The notes under the pieces are model-generated. The model had not been told where the DNA came from. It ran no database searches and saw only the letters and a list, made by a program, of their open reading frames with translations. From positions 1-25,532 of IMG/VR virus record IMGVR_UViG_3300032233_000812: 25,532 nucleotides of DNA; one strand, given 5' to 3'. This document shows positions 15,708 through 23,640 of this stretch, piece by piece. Numbering within the stretch: the stretch's first letter is position 1; each line of letters opens with the position of its first letter. Source of the DNA: a virus. Taxonomy: Duplodnaviria; Caudoviricetes. The position numbers and the translations under genes were made by a program.

Positions 15708-16771
15708 GACGAGCCTCCTCCGGTAACGAGACCGTGTCGCTCGGCATGGGCGAGGATGAAGTCCTCATCGTAGACCTCGCCCAGCTTCTTCGTCTCGGTT
15801 TCCACCAGCATCACGCGGTAGTCGTAACTCATGCGAGGAGCGCTATTCCGCGTCTTCTCAACGGAGAATCCGAAGTCGCCGTAGAGTGCGAACTCGCCGT
15901 TGTCGTCCATCTTGTACTTGGCGGGCTTCGTCCGAAGCTCGGTCCATGCAGCAAAGCCTGGGGCCAAGCCACCGGACGTGGTCTCGGGGTTCCCGAACAT
16001 CACGCCCACCTTCATGCGGATCTGGTTCGTGAAGAACAGGGTTGGGCGTTTCCCCTCAGACTGCATCGCCTCGTTGAGGGCAGCGCTGAACTTCCGCATC
16101 CCCTTGCCCAGACGACGCGCCTGCTCGCCAACCAAGTCCTTCTCAACCGCCTCTTCGATCTCCTTCATGGTGGTCATAAAGGCCAGCGAGTCGATGACGA
16201 TGATGTCGCACTTCTTGGAGCGCAACAGCGCTTCCGCAATCGCGATGGTCTGCTCGGCGTACTCGGGAGTCGAGACGAGGATCTTGTCCAACTCCATGAA
16301 GCGAGATGCCCATGCAGGATCAATCGCACCTTCGACATCGAGGTAAGCGATGACGGGGTCGCGAGTGTTCCCGCACTTGCAGGCTTCCTGCGCCGTCCAG
16401 CACTCCGCGCACATCTTCTGCGCCTGTCCCAGCGAACGGAACAGCGTGGTGGTCTTGCCGGAGGACTTGTGACCCAGCAGGGTGTGGATGCCGCCGACAG
16501 CCCATCCGCCTTGCAGCGCGAGATCCAGCGGGAAGATGCCGGTCGGGATGCGGTCGCGCTTTCGCGCCTTGACCTCGGCTCCCAGAATCAGCGAGTTCTT
16601 CCCGTACTTCTTGAGCGTACCTTCAAGGATGTCCGTGGCGAGCAACGCTCCCAGTTGGCTCTTCGCGTCCTTGCCCTTTGACAGCCGAACAGGAGGAGCC
16701 GCCTTGGCCTCCTCCACGCTCGCTGCCGCTTCGGTTGTCTCGACTTCTTGAGCCTTCTTCTTGGGCGGCAT
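15584..16771 (-). CDS. recA: RecA-family recombinase with Cys-rich insertion
   Basis: IPTGIFPLDLAL.GG, GHKSSGKTT, YLDVEGAID, IVIDSLA, FTNQIRMKVGVMFGNPETTSGG. Confidence 0.95.
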   Translation of the reverse strand: MPPKKKAQEVETTEAAASVEEAKAAPPVRLSKGKDAKSQLGALLATDILEGTLKKYGKNSLILGAEVKARKRDRIPTGIFPLDLALQGGWAVGGIHTLLGHKSSGKTTTLFRSLGQAQKMCAECWTAQEACKCGNTRDPVIAYLDVEGAIDPAWASRFMELDKILVSTPEYAEQTIAIAEALLRSKKCDIIVIDSLAFMTTMKEIEEAVEKDLVGEQARRLGKGMRKFSAALNEAMQSEGKRPTLFFTNQIRMKVGVMFGNPETTSGGLAPGFAAWTELRTKPAKYKMDDNGEFALYGDFGFSVEKTRNSAPRMSYDYRVMLVETETKKLGEVYDEDFILAHAERHGLVTGGGSSWKCLEESFKKKTEIEERLLKDKAFRKQVTDALLAAVQPTL

Positions 16772-16780
16772 TCAGACCTC

Positions 16781-17437
16781 TTAGAACGGGTTGGACTTCT
16801 GGGGGACGACCATCTTGCGGACGGACTGGACTTCCTGCCGCACGCGCTCTTCAGCGAAGTTCTTGGCCCACTCGTACGCCTCGTTCACCTCTTCGGCGTA
16901 GCAGGGCACCGACACCTTCACGTCCACTCGGGCGCTCTCGTAGTTGCCGATGTTGAGCGTCAGCCCGTAGCCGATCTCGACCTGTGCGGGCTGGACGCGG
17001 AAGTTCTTGACCTCGATGGTCTCATCCTGTGACTCGGGAGCGCCGATCTTCCCGTAGGTACGCGCCACCGTGAGGGTCGCAGGAGCTTGCACCTTCGGCA
17101 GCGTCACCGGAACGACAGGCGACTCCATCTCGGGAGCAGAAGTCGCGGCAAGCGCACCCACCGCGAAGGCGGCGTTGTTAGCCGTAGGTGGCTTCTTGTC
17201 TGCCGCTTCCTGCTGCGCGAGGGCGACAGCGACCTCGGCATCGCCACCGACAGCGATGCTGGCAGCCGGAGCCTCGGTCGGGGCCACGATGCTCTTCGGG
17301 AGGTTCTTCGACCCGAACTTTCGGCCCATCTTCTTGCGAGGCGTGCCGTCCTTGTTGAGGACCGGCTTGCCGTCCTTGAAGGCGTGCGTAAGAGGAGTCA
17401 CAGGCTCCCCGTTGATGACCAGCAGTTCCGTATCCAT
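16781..17437 (-). CDS. Phage hypothetical protein (basic N-terminus, Ala-rich linker, TLNIGNYESARVDV domain)
   Basis: GGGAG SD; intact ORF in operon; C-terminal motif typical of phage replication-region proteins. Confidence 0.75.
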   Translation of the reverse strand: MDTELLVINGEPVTPLTHAFKDGKPVLNKDGTPRKKMGRKFGSKNLPKSIVAPTEAPAASIAVGGDAEVAVALAQQEAADKKPPTANNAAFAVGALAATSAPEMESPVVPVTLPKVQAPATLTVARTYGKIGAPESQDETIEVKNFRVQPAQVEIGYGLTLNIGNYESARVDVKVSVPCYAEEVNEAYEWAKNFAEERVRQEVQSVRKMVVPQKSNPF

Positions 17438-17481
17438 CGTCGCTCCCTGCCTCGACTTGAGGCGCGTTGTTCACTCTGCTC

Positions 17482-17507
17482 GTAACCCCTCATCGAGCAG
17501 TTGTTAC
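17482..17507 (-). promoter_or_regulatory. GTAAC-N16-GTTAC element upstream of the 218-aa gene and recA
   Basis: Perfect match; contains the TAA stop of the SF2 helicase gene. Confidence 0.8.
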
Positions 17508-18859
17508 CAACGTCGCGCCGCATAGAACTTGTCTCGGTAGGTGGCCGTCTTCTCGCAGGACTGAACCTTGTCATCGCGGAAGTCCACGATGACCGGCTCC
17601 TTCTTCCCGTCACACGGACGCAGCACTCGGCCACACGCCTGCTCAACGTCAGAGATGGGCGTCGTGAGGAACAGCGTGTCGAGCGCGGGGATGTCCAGAC
17701 CCTCCTCCGCGAACTGGCGGGTAGCGAAAACTACTTGAGCCTTCGCGGCCTCCTCCAGTTCTTCCTCCTTCATGCCGCCAACGTAGAAGCCGGTAGAGGG
17801 AACAGGGGTCGTCTGCTTCGTCGCCCACTCCTTCTTGAACATCGCGTCCAGCATATCGAGGTGCTGTAGGCGCTCGGACAGCACGATGGGCTTCCGACCA
17901 GCCGCGACAGCCATCACCAGTTGCTCGGTGATGAGTCGGTTACGGGCGGCATTCCCGCACATGAACTTCAGCAGGACGTTCTTCGACACCAGTTGGGGGT
18001 TCAGCGTAGGCGTCTGCACCAGCTTGAAGTCGGTCCACACGCGCCGGATCTTCGGCGTCATGCGCTGCTCCTCGGCAGAGAAGAGCACCTTCCCGATGTG
18101 CTGGAAGAAGACGGCCTCTGCGCCATCCTTGCGGCGAGGAGTTGCAGACACGCCCAGACGCCAACGGGCCTTGAAGCGGGTCGGCACCACGCTCCACGTT
18201 TCAGCACCGATGCGATGCGTCTCGTCCGTGATGATGAGACCAGGCCAGCCCCAGAAGTCCGCGCCGTAGTCACGGCCACCAACGAGGCTGTGGATCATCC
18301 CAATGACGACGCCGTAGTCCTTGTACTCGCAGCGGTCCTGCTGAACGATGCCCACCTTCGTGCCAGGCAGGAACTGCTCGATGCGTTCCTTCCATTGGCT
18401 GACGAGGAAGTCCTTGTGGACGACAACCAGCGTCGGCACCCCAAGTTCCGCCATGATGGCGCAGGACACGACAGTTTTCCCGAACCCAGGCGGCGCTCGC
18501 AGCAGGCCACCGTACTGACCTTCGTCCTTGAAGGCGCGGGTCACCGTAGCTACCGCAGCCTTCTGGGTCTCTCGGAGCGAGCCGTCGAACTTGAGCGGCC
18601 CTGCCCACAGGTCGGAGCGCCCCAGCGTCGTGAGGTCTTCGATGACGTGGTGCTCTTTCTTGTGCTCCATGAAGTAGGAGCGTGGCACCCCCAGATAGCC
18701 CTCCCGCTCCGTGTAGAGCCGGATGGGCTGTGGCGCTTCGCCTGGGAAGCCTTCAAACTTGCGAGGCATGACCGTCAGCGCGGCTTTGACTGCGCTCACT
18801 TGCATATGCGTGAGAGAGGCGGTCGGGAGCCACGCCCAAGAGTCCACTTGCACCTTCAT
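17504..18859 (-). CDS. Superfamily 2 DExH helicase (UvsW/ResIII-like)
   Basis: LRETQ, APPGFGKT, IITDETH, GVSATP.R.DG, EGLDIP.LD, QACGRVLR. Confidence 0.93.
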   Translation of the reverse strand: MKVQVDSWAWLPTASLTHMQVSAVKAALTVMPRKFEGFPGEAPQPIRLYTEREGYLGVPRSYFMEHKKEHHVIEDLTTLGRSDLWAGPLKFDGSLRETQKAAVATVTRAFKDEGQYGGLLRAPPGFGKTVVSCAIMAELGVPTLVVVHKDFLVSQWKERIEQFLPGTKVGIVQQDRCEYKDYGVVIGMIHSLVGGRDYGADFWGWPGLIITDETHRIGAETWSVVPTRFKARWRLGVSATPRRKDGAEAVFFQHIGKVLFSAEEQRMTPKIRRVWTDFKLVQTPTLNPQLVSKNVLLKFMCGNAARNRLITEQLVMAVAAGRKPIVLSERLQHLDMLDAMFKKEWATKQTTPVPSTGFYVGGMKEEELEEAAKAQVVFATRQFAEEGLDIPALDTLFLTTPISDVEQACGRVLRPCDGKKEPVIVDFRDDKVQSCEKTATYRDKFYAARRW

Positions 18860-19089
18860 TTGCGTACTCCTTTGCGTAAAGCAGACAGGGTGTCAGAGTC
18901 CCGAATCCCGCCGCGAGCCTCTATCTCGGCTTGCATGAGCACGGACTTCTCCCAGCCCTCTGGCGGTACGTCACTCATCTCGCGGGTCAGCCAGCGGCAC
19001 GGAAGGTTGAAGCGTCGGCCATCAGCAGCCTCGACGCAGACCACCATGTGGCACTCACCGCGATAGAGGCGGACGGCTAGGATCTTCAT
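18856..19089 (-). CDS. Small hypothetical protein (77 aa)
   Basis: GGAG SD before ATG 19089; ATGA coupling to the helicase. Confidence 0.6.
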   Translation of the reverse strand: MKILAVRLYRGECHMVVCVEAADGRRFNLPCRWLTREMSDVPPEGWEKSVLMQAEIEARGGIRDSDTLSALRKGVRK

Positions 19090-19099
19090 TGGGTGCTCC

Positions 19100-19133
19100 A
19101 ATACGGAAAGGCCGGACGGTCTCCCGTCCAGCC
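19100..19133 (-). terminator. Probable intrinsic terminator after the gp32-like SSB
   Basis: GGCTGGACGG-GAGA-CCGTCCGGCC 10-bp stem (one G-U pair) with GNRA loop, followed by TTTCCGTATT. Confidence 0.7.
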
Positions 19134-19155
19134 CCCGTAGTCAGCGCTGGTCGAA

Positions 19156-19959
19156 CTAGAACGGCACGTTCTCGTCCGCGCCCCGCGACTTGTTGCCCCC
19201 GCCACGGTCGTCATCTTCGGTCGGGACGTAGCCGTGGAGCAGCGACTTGATCTCGTTCGGCGTCTTCGGCCAGTAGAGCTTCTGGTAGTTGAATGGCACC
19301 AGCTTGCGCGGAATGGAGCCATCCGGCCCCTTCATCACGCTGAAGGTACGCATCAGCTTCTCGATGCCCTCGGCATCCTGCGCGGCGGCAAAGAGGTCAG
19401 CGACCTTCTTGCCCTTGTAGGTGGCAAGCTCAAAGAGCTTGGTCATGTCCACCTCGCGGACGTACTCGTAGTCGTCGCCCACGGCAGGAGACTTGTCGGT
19501 CTCGCGGGTGACCTTGTAGAGGCGACCAACGAGCGACTTGCCCTCCTTCTGGAGTTCGCTGTTCTTGCGCTCCAGCTTCTGGGCGGTCTTGTACTTCGCA
19601 GGCAGCACCTTGATCTCAAACTGCCGCGTGTTGCCCTTCTTGTCGGTCCACTTGGAGCAGTCGATGATGGTCACCATCGACACCATGTAGGCCGAGTCCG
19701 CGCCCAGCTTCTCGCAGCAAGGAGCCACCTCGCCCGCCTCCATCAGCGGAGCGGCACAGGTGATCCAGTTGCGCCAGTTGCCGTTGATCTTCGCGTTGTG
19801 CTCGCGGAACGCGCCAGCAGCCTCATCCACGAAGACGATCTCGCGGCTCTGACCCGTGGGAATCCAGAAGCGGTCGGGAAGCCACGTTGCGTTGGCCTCG
19901 CGGTCCTGCTCCTGCTTCACAGCGGAGCCAAAACCCGTACTGAACCAGTTGCCACTCAT
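19156..19959 (-). CDS. Phage (gp32-like) single-stranded DNA-binding protein, 267 aa
   Basis: AGGAG SD before MSGNWF; RFWIP..., H...C..C.C putative Zn ligands, YKVTR; acidic tail DDD...DENVPF; position next to primase. Confidence 0.72.
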   Translation of the reverse strand: MSGNWFSTGFGSAVKQEQDREANATWLPDRFWIPTGQSREIVFVDEAAGAFREHNAKINGNWRNWITCAAPLMEAGEVAPCCEKLGADSAYMVSMVTIIDCSKWTDKKGNTRQFEIKVLPAKYKTAQKLERKNSELQKEGKSLVGRLYKVTRETDKSPAVGDDYEYVREVDMTKLFELATYKGKKVADLFAAAQDAEGIEKLMRTFSVMKGPDGSIPRKLVPFNYQKLYWPKTPNEIKSLLHGYVPTEDDDRGGGNKSRGADENVPF

Positions 19960-20057
19960 CTCTGTCTCCTCGGCGTCCTCTACGGGAGCGCCATGCCAAG
20001 CCCCTAGCCAAGGTCTGCGGTCGGGGCATCCCGTCAGACCAGTTGTATGCCCCTCCA

Positions 20058-20083
20058 GTAACACAGGAAGGCGCGGTTGTCAC
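20058..20083 (-). promoter_or_regulatory. GTGAC-N16-GTTAC element (1 mismatch) upstream of the gp32-like SSB
   Basis: Same spacing; contains the TGA stop of the primase gene. Confidence 0.72.
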
Positions 20084-21135
20084 TTGCGGATGTCGCCCAA
20101 AGCCTCTGCGAGATCGAGCGGCGAAAGTTCATCTGGGTCGCGCCCTGCGGGGATGGGAGCGATTCGCACAGGCATCCTCTGGGCGATTTCGTGCCGCATA
20201 TGGTCCGCACCGTCTAGGCCCGCTTTGTCCCCGTCCGGCAGGATGACGATGTCCCCGAAAAACCGCACCAGCTTCTCCAACTGGAAGCGGCTCAGATAGG
20301 TGCCAAGGATGGCGACAGCGTCGTACCCAAGCTGCCAGAGGTGGATGGCATCGAAGAAGCCTTCCACGATGATGCCGGTGCCTCGTCCACCCTCCGTGAG
20401 TCGGTGCTCTCCGTACAGGTAGCGGTCGCGGAGGAAGCCCTCGGAGTGGAGGAACTTCGGCTTCGCCTTGGGGTCGATGGCGCGGCCCGAAAGTCCCACC
20501 AGCCGTCCCTTGCAGTCGCGTATGGGGATGGCGATGCGTCGAGCACGCGGGTGCCAGCGGAACTCACACGCATTGATGAGCACAGGCGAGATGCCTCGTT
20601 CGCGGTTGAGGTACTCGTAGGCTTCAGCGTTGAGTGCGGGAAGCGCCGTGAGAGTCTCCTCGGGAACGTAGGACTCCTCCTTCTCGGGCTGACGCACCAC
20701 CTTTGTAGCCATGCTTTCAGAGAGCTTGATGCCGCCGATCTCGACAGCCCTTCTGGGCTTGTATGCGGCGGCTTCCAGTCGTTCTTTCAGCGTCGGTGGT
20801 TCTGGCGGCGTGTACTTGTCATTCGCCTGTACCCAGACCAGCAGTTCGCTCAAGCCGTTCGTGTCGTGCCCCTCCTGCGCGGCCAAGTACTGGAGGCGCA
20901 TGATGAGGTCGGACAACGTCCCCTTGGCGTTACAGGTGAAGCAGCGGTAGCCGCTTCGGCCCTCGGACTCAGCCTTGATGGAGACGCCAAAAGAGGGATG
21001 CGCGTCTTGCCGGTTCTTGTGCTTGTCAGAGTGCGGGGCGAAGGGACAGGAGGCTTGAACCCAGCCCCCCATCGTCTCCTTGATGTTGCTGCTGCCCAGC
21101 TTCTCCAGAAGCTGTTCAATGAGTTCGGCCTGCAT
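20080..21135 (-). CDS. dnaG: DnaG-like primase (Zn finger plus TOPRIM)
   Basis: CPF..H...CFTC, IAIPIRD..GRLVGLSGR, PKFLHS, IIVEGFFDA, PDGDKAG, DPDE. Confidence 0.92.
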   Translation of the reverse strand: MQAELIEQLLEKLGSSNIKETMGGWVQASCPFAPHSDKHKNRQDAHPSFGVSIKAESEGRSGYRCFTCNAKGTLSDLIMRLQYLAAQEGHDTNGLSELLVWVQANDKYTPPEPPTLKERLEAAAYKPRRAVEIGGIKLSESMATKVVRQPEKEESYVPEETLTALPALNAEAYEYLNRERGISPVLINACEFRWHPRARRIAIPIRDCKGRLVGLSGRAIDPKAKPKFLHSEGFLRDRYLYGEHRLTEGGRGTGIIVEGFFDAIHLWQLGYDAVAILGTYLSRFQLEKLVRFFGDIVILPDGDKAGLDGADHMRHEIAQRMPVRIAPIPAGRDPDELSPLDLAEALGDIRK

Positions 21136-21143
21136 GATGAGTC

Positions 21144-21169
21144 GTAACTCGTCCGTATGAGTTGATTAC
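21144..21169 (-). promoter_or_regulatory. GTAAT-N16-GTTAC element (1 mismatch) upstream of primase
   Basis: Same spacing; contains the upstream TAA; 8 nt before an SD-less ATG. Confidence 0.72.
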
Positions 21170-21753
21170 CCGAAGATCCGCGATGCTGGCGATAGGTTGC
21201 TCGGCTGCGAACTGGTCTGATTGCTGCCGCTGGCACTTTCACCGCCGCCGCTCGTAGGCGCTCGGTTTGAAGGTTGCGAGGACTGACGGTTGCTGCCTTC
21301 GGGGCCGCGTCGGTTCTGAGTACTGGCTGGAGCGGTGTCGGAGAACCCTTCCTCCGCGATCTTCGCCTTCGGCACTCGACGCCGTTCCTCGATGATGAGC
21401 TTCTGGTAGTAGTCATCGAAGCGCTTGGCCTTGCGCCGCGCATCCGGCTCACGCTTGTGCTCGCTGTCCTTCTCGCGCCCATAGCCTGTCAGCGAGATCT
21501 GCCCTCGACCAGATTTCTCGGAGATCATCCGGTACTTCTTGAGTTGCGACATCGCTACGTCCATCGCCGCGTTGAACTTCGTCGGGTCGAAGTTGTCCTT
21601 GTTGGGCGAGGACTTGACGGGGATTCGGTTCTTGCTCACGGGTGGGCGTGAGCGCGGTAGATTTCCAGACAGGAAGATCGCCAGCACCATGTGCTTGAAC
21701 AGCATCGGATAGTCGGGAATCGCTAGTTCTTCGATCTCGGCTTCAGACGGCAT
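21166..21753 (-). CDS. Basic hypothetical protein with Ser/Asn/Gln-rich disordered tail (195 aa)
   Basis: GGAGG SD; fills the gap between helicase and primase. Confidence 0.72.
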   Translation of the reverse strand: MPSEAEIEELAIPDYPMLFKHMVLAIFLSGNLPRSRPPVSKNRIPVKSSPNKDNFDPTKFNAAMDVAMSQLKKYRMISEKSGRGQISLTGYGREKDSEHKREPDARRKAKRFDDYYQKLIIEERRRVPKAKIAEEGFSDTAPASTQNRRGPEGSNRQSSQPSNRAPTSGGGESASGSNQTSSQPSNLSPASRIFG

Positions 21754-21763
21754 AGGTCACCTC

Positions 21764-23044
21764 CTAGAAGGCATCGAACGCTTCATCGTCAGTCGGCACG
21801 TTCGCAGGAACGATACCACCCTGCCCAGGAAGGACAGCCTTCGGGATCTCGGAGAAGTTCATCGTGTCGAAGTCCCAGTAGCACTCGATCTCCTCGGCCT
21901 CGCCTTCACGCACCTTCAGCGGCTTGAACGCCATCCGCTTCTGCTTCTTCATCTCCTCGGTCTGAATGAGACCGAAGATGAGGTCCGCGTTCCAGCCTGC
22001 AACGTCGGTCATGGCGATGCTGTCCGCCTGTACCGTCTTGGCTTGGTTGACCTTCACTTCGCGATTGAACTGCATCGTGGCGATGACCGCAGCCTTGGAC
22101 CGCTTGGCAAGCCGCTTGAGTTCATCGAACACGTTGGCCGCTCGTTCCGTGCGCGTCAGCCCTGCCACCTTGAGGAGGTACGCACCGTCCACGACGACGA
22201 GGTCGGGCTTCTCATCCATGACGATGCCCGCGAACGTCTCCATCGCGAAGTCGAAGTCGCCGCCAACGATGTTGAAGTTGGGGCTGTTCAGCATCGCTTG
22301 GATGCCGTCGTAGAACTTCTTCTCCGACACCATGTCCAGCTTGCCCTGCCGGAAGTCACGGTAGGGCAGGCGCAGCTTCACGGCGAAGTAGCGCATCGCC
22401 ATGCGCTCCTTGGTCATCTCGGTGGTTGCAACCAGTACCTTCTTGCCCTGCTCCCACGCGCATCCTGCGATCTGGAGCGCAGACCACGTTTTGCCGATAC
22501 CCATGCGGGCAACGAACAACGCGAGGTCTTCCGGCCAGAACCCCATCGTCGCGTCGTTGATGGTCGGCCAAGGTGTCTGAATGCCCCGCTCGCCTCGTTT
22601 GATCTTCTCGTAGTACTGGACAACCTTGTCGCCCAACGCAGGAAGCGACTCGACCAGAGCGCCTCGCGTGTCGAGCTTACGCAGCGAGCGCAGCAGTTCC
22701 TCTACAGCCTCGCGACCCTTGACCGGCTCCTTGCGCTCAAGGTGCTTGATGATGGCTTCGGTGCCGCTGTGGATGGTCTTGTGCAGCTTCCGTTCGTAGA
22801 GCGCGTCTACGAGGTAGGCGAGCGGTTCCGGTGATGGCACCAGAATGACGCCCGCCTCGGCCATGACGACATCGTCGGTCGGGAGCGCGGAGTACTTCTT
22901 GTAGAAGTCGATGATGAAGGTGTAGGCGGTCTTGCCCTCACCTTCCAAGAGGTCTGCGGTCAGCCCCGATTCGATGACACGGCGAAGCGCGTCTCGGCCT
23001 CCGCTCACAATCGCGGAAGCCAAGGCAACGTCGAGGTCTGCCAT
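21764..23044 (-). CDS. dnaB: DnaB-like (SF4) replicative helicase
   Basis: ARMGIGKT, TTEM, VVVDGAY, LKRLAK, MQFNR, KVREG. Confidence 0.92.
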   Translation of the reverse strand: MADLDVALASAIVSGGRDALRRVIESGLTADLLEGEGKTAYTFIIDFYKKYSALPTDDVVMAEAGVILVPSPEPLAYLVDALYERKLHKTIHSGTEAIIKHLERKEPVKGREAVEELLRSLRKLDTRGALVESLPALGDKVVQYYEKIKRGERGIQTPWPTINDATMGFWPEDLALFVARMGIGKTWSALQIAGCAWEQGKKVLVATTEMTKERMAMRYFAVKLRLPYRDFRQGKLDMVSEKKFYDGIQAMLNSPNFNIVGGDFDFAMETFAGIVMDEKPDLVVVDGAYLLKVAGLTRTERAANVFDELKRLAKRSKAAVIATMQFNREVKVNQAKTVQADSIAMTDVAGWNADLIFGLIQTEEMKKQKRMAFKPLKVREGEAEEIECYWDFDTMNFSEIPKAVLPGQGGIVPANVPTDDEAFDAF

Positions 23045-23640
23045 TACCGAACTCCAAGTTCACGCCGCAGCTTCTCAGCCGCCTGCTCTTTGAGGTTGAT
23101 GCCGTTGCAGGAGATGGACACGAAGTTCCCCTGCATGGTCTGGAGTAACGCAGGGTACTCGGCGCGGAACACATCCGGTGTCAGCCGAGTCGTGAGGATG
23201 GTCGTCTTGGACCGTACCGCTCGACTCGCCACCAGATGCTCGACCTCTCCGATGCCGAACGTGAAGTTCTTGAAGTCGTCCAGCGCGAGGTCGTCCAGCA
23301 CAAGGATGTCCACCTCCTTGCAGCGAGCGAGCACCGATGCTTCGCCGTCGAACGTCCACTCTTCGCGGATCGCCTGTCGGAGGTCTTTCACGGTCGTGTA
23401 GTAGCCCCAACGGTCCCGCTCACAGGCGGACTTGAGAATGACCACGGCCCCGCTGGTCTTCCCCACGCCCGAAGGCCCATGAAGGTAGAAGCCCGTGCCC
23501 ATCCGCAGCATCTCGGGCAGCTTGCCGATGTAGTTGCGAACAGGCTGATGCAGCGCCTCCGGCATCTCGGTGTACGTCGAGTTCCAGAGCCGCTCGGGGA
23601 TGTTCATCCGCTTGAGGGACCACTCGTCTACCTTCGCCAC
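23044..23640 (-). CDS. DnaC/IstB-like AAA+ helicase loader (198 aa)
   Basis: NIPER, YLHGPSGVGKT, LVLDDL, R...KTTILTT; GTG start coupled to the upstream TAG (TAGTG). Confidence 0.88.
   Translation of the reverse strand: MAKVDEWSLKRMNIPERLWNSTYTEMPEALHQPVRNYIGKLPEMLRMGTGFYLHGPSGVGKTSGAVVILKSACERDRWGYYTTVKDLRQAIREEWTFDGEASVLARCKEVDILVLDDLALDDFKNFTFGIGEVEHLVASRAVRSKTTILTTRLTPDVFRAEYPALLQTMQGNFVSISCNGINLKEQAAEKLRRELGVR

Noticed and set aside
19990-20015. Sigma54-like promoter (TGGCTAGGGGCTTGGC) upstream of the SSB
   Set aside because: The -12 position reads GG rather than GC at the required spacing
19960-20064. Extended N-termini from the ORF track (20064, 10674, 11730, 13826, 23736, 19101)
   Set aside because: Downstream starts have clear SD sequences or stop-start coupling; the extensions overlap neighbours or regulatory DNA
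3392-22834. Many long plus-strand ORFs (e.g. 3392-4372, 10613-11851, 15734-16681, 17921-19066, 22043-22834)
   Set aside because: Antisense shadows of GC3-biased minus-strand genes; no recognisable motifs
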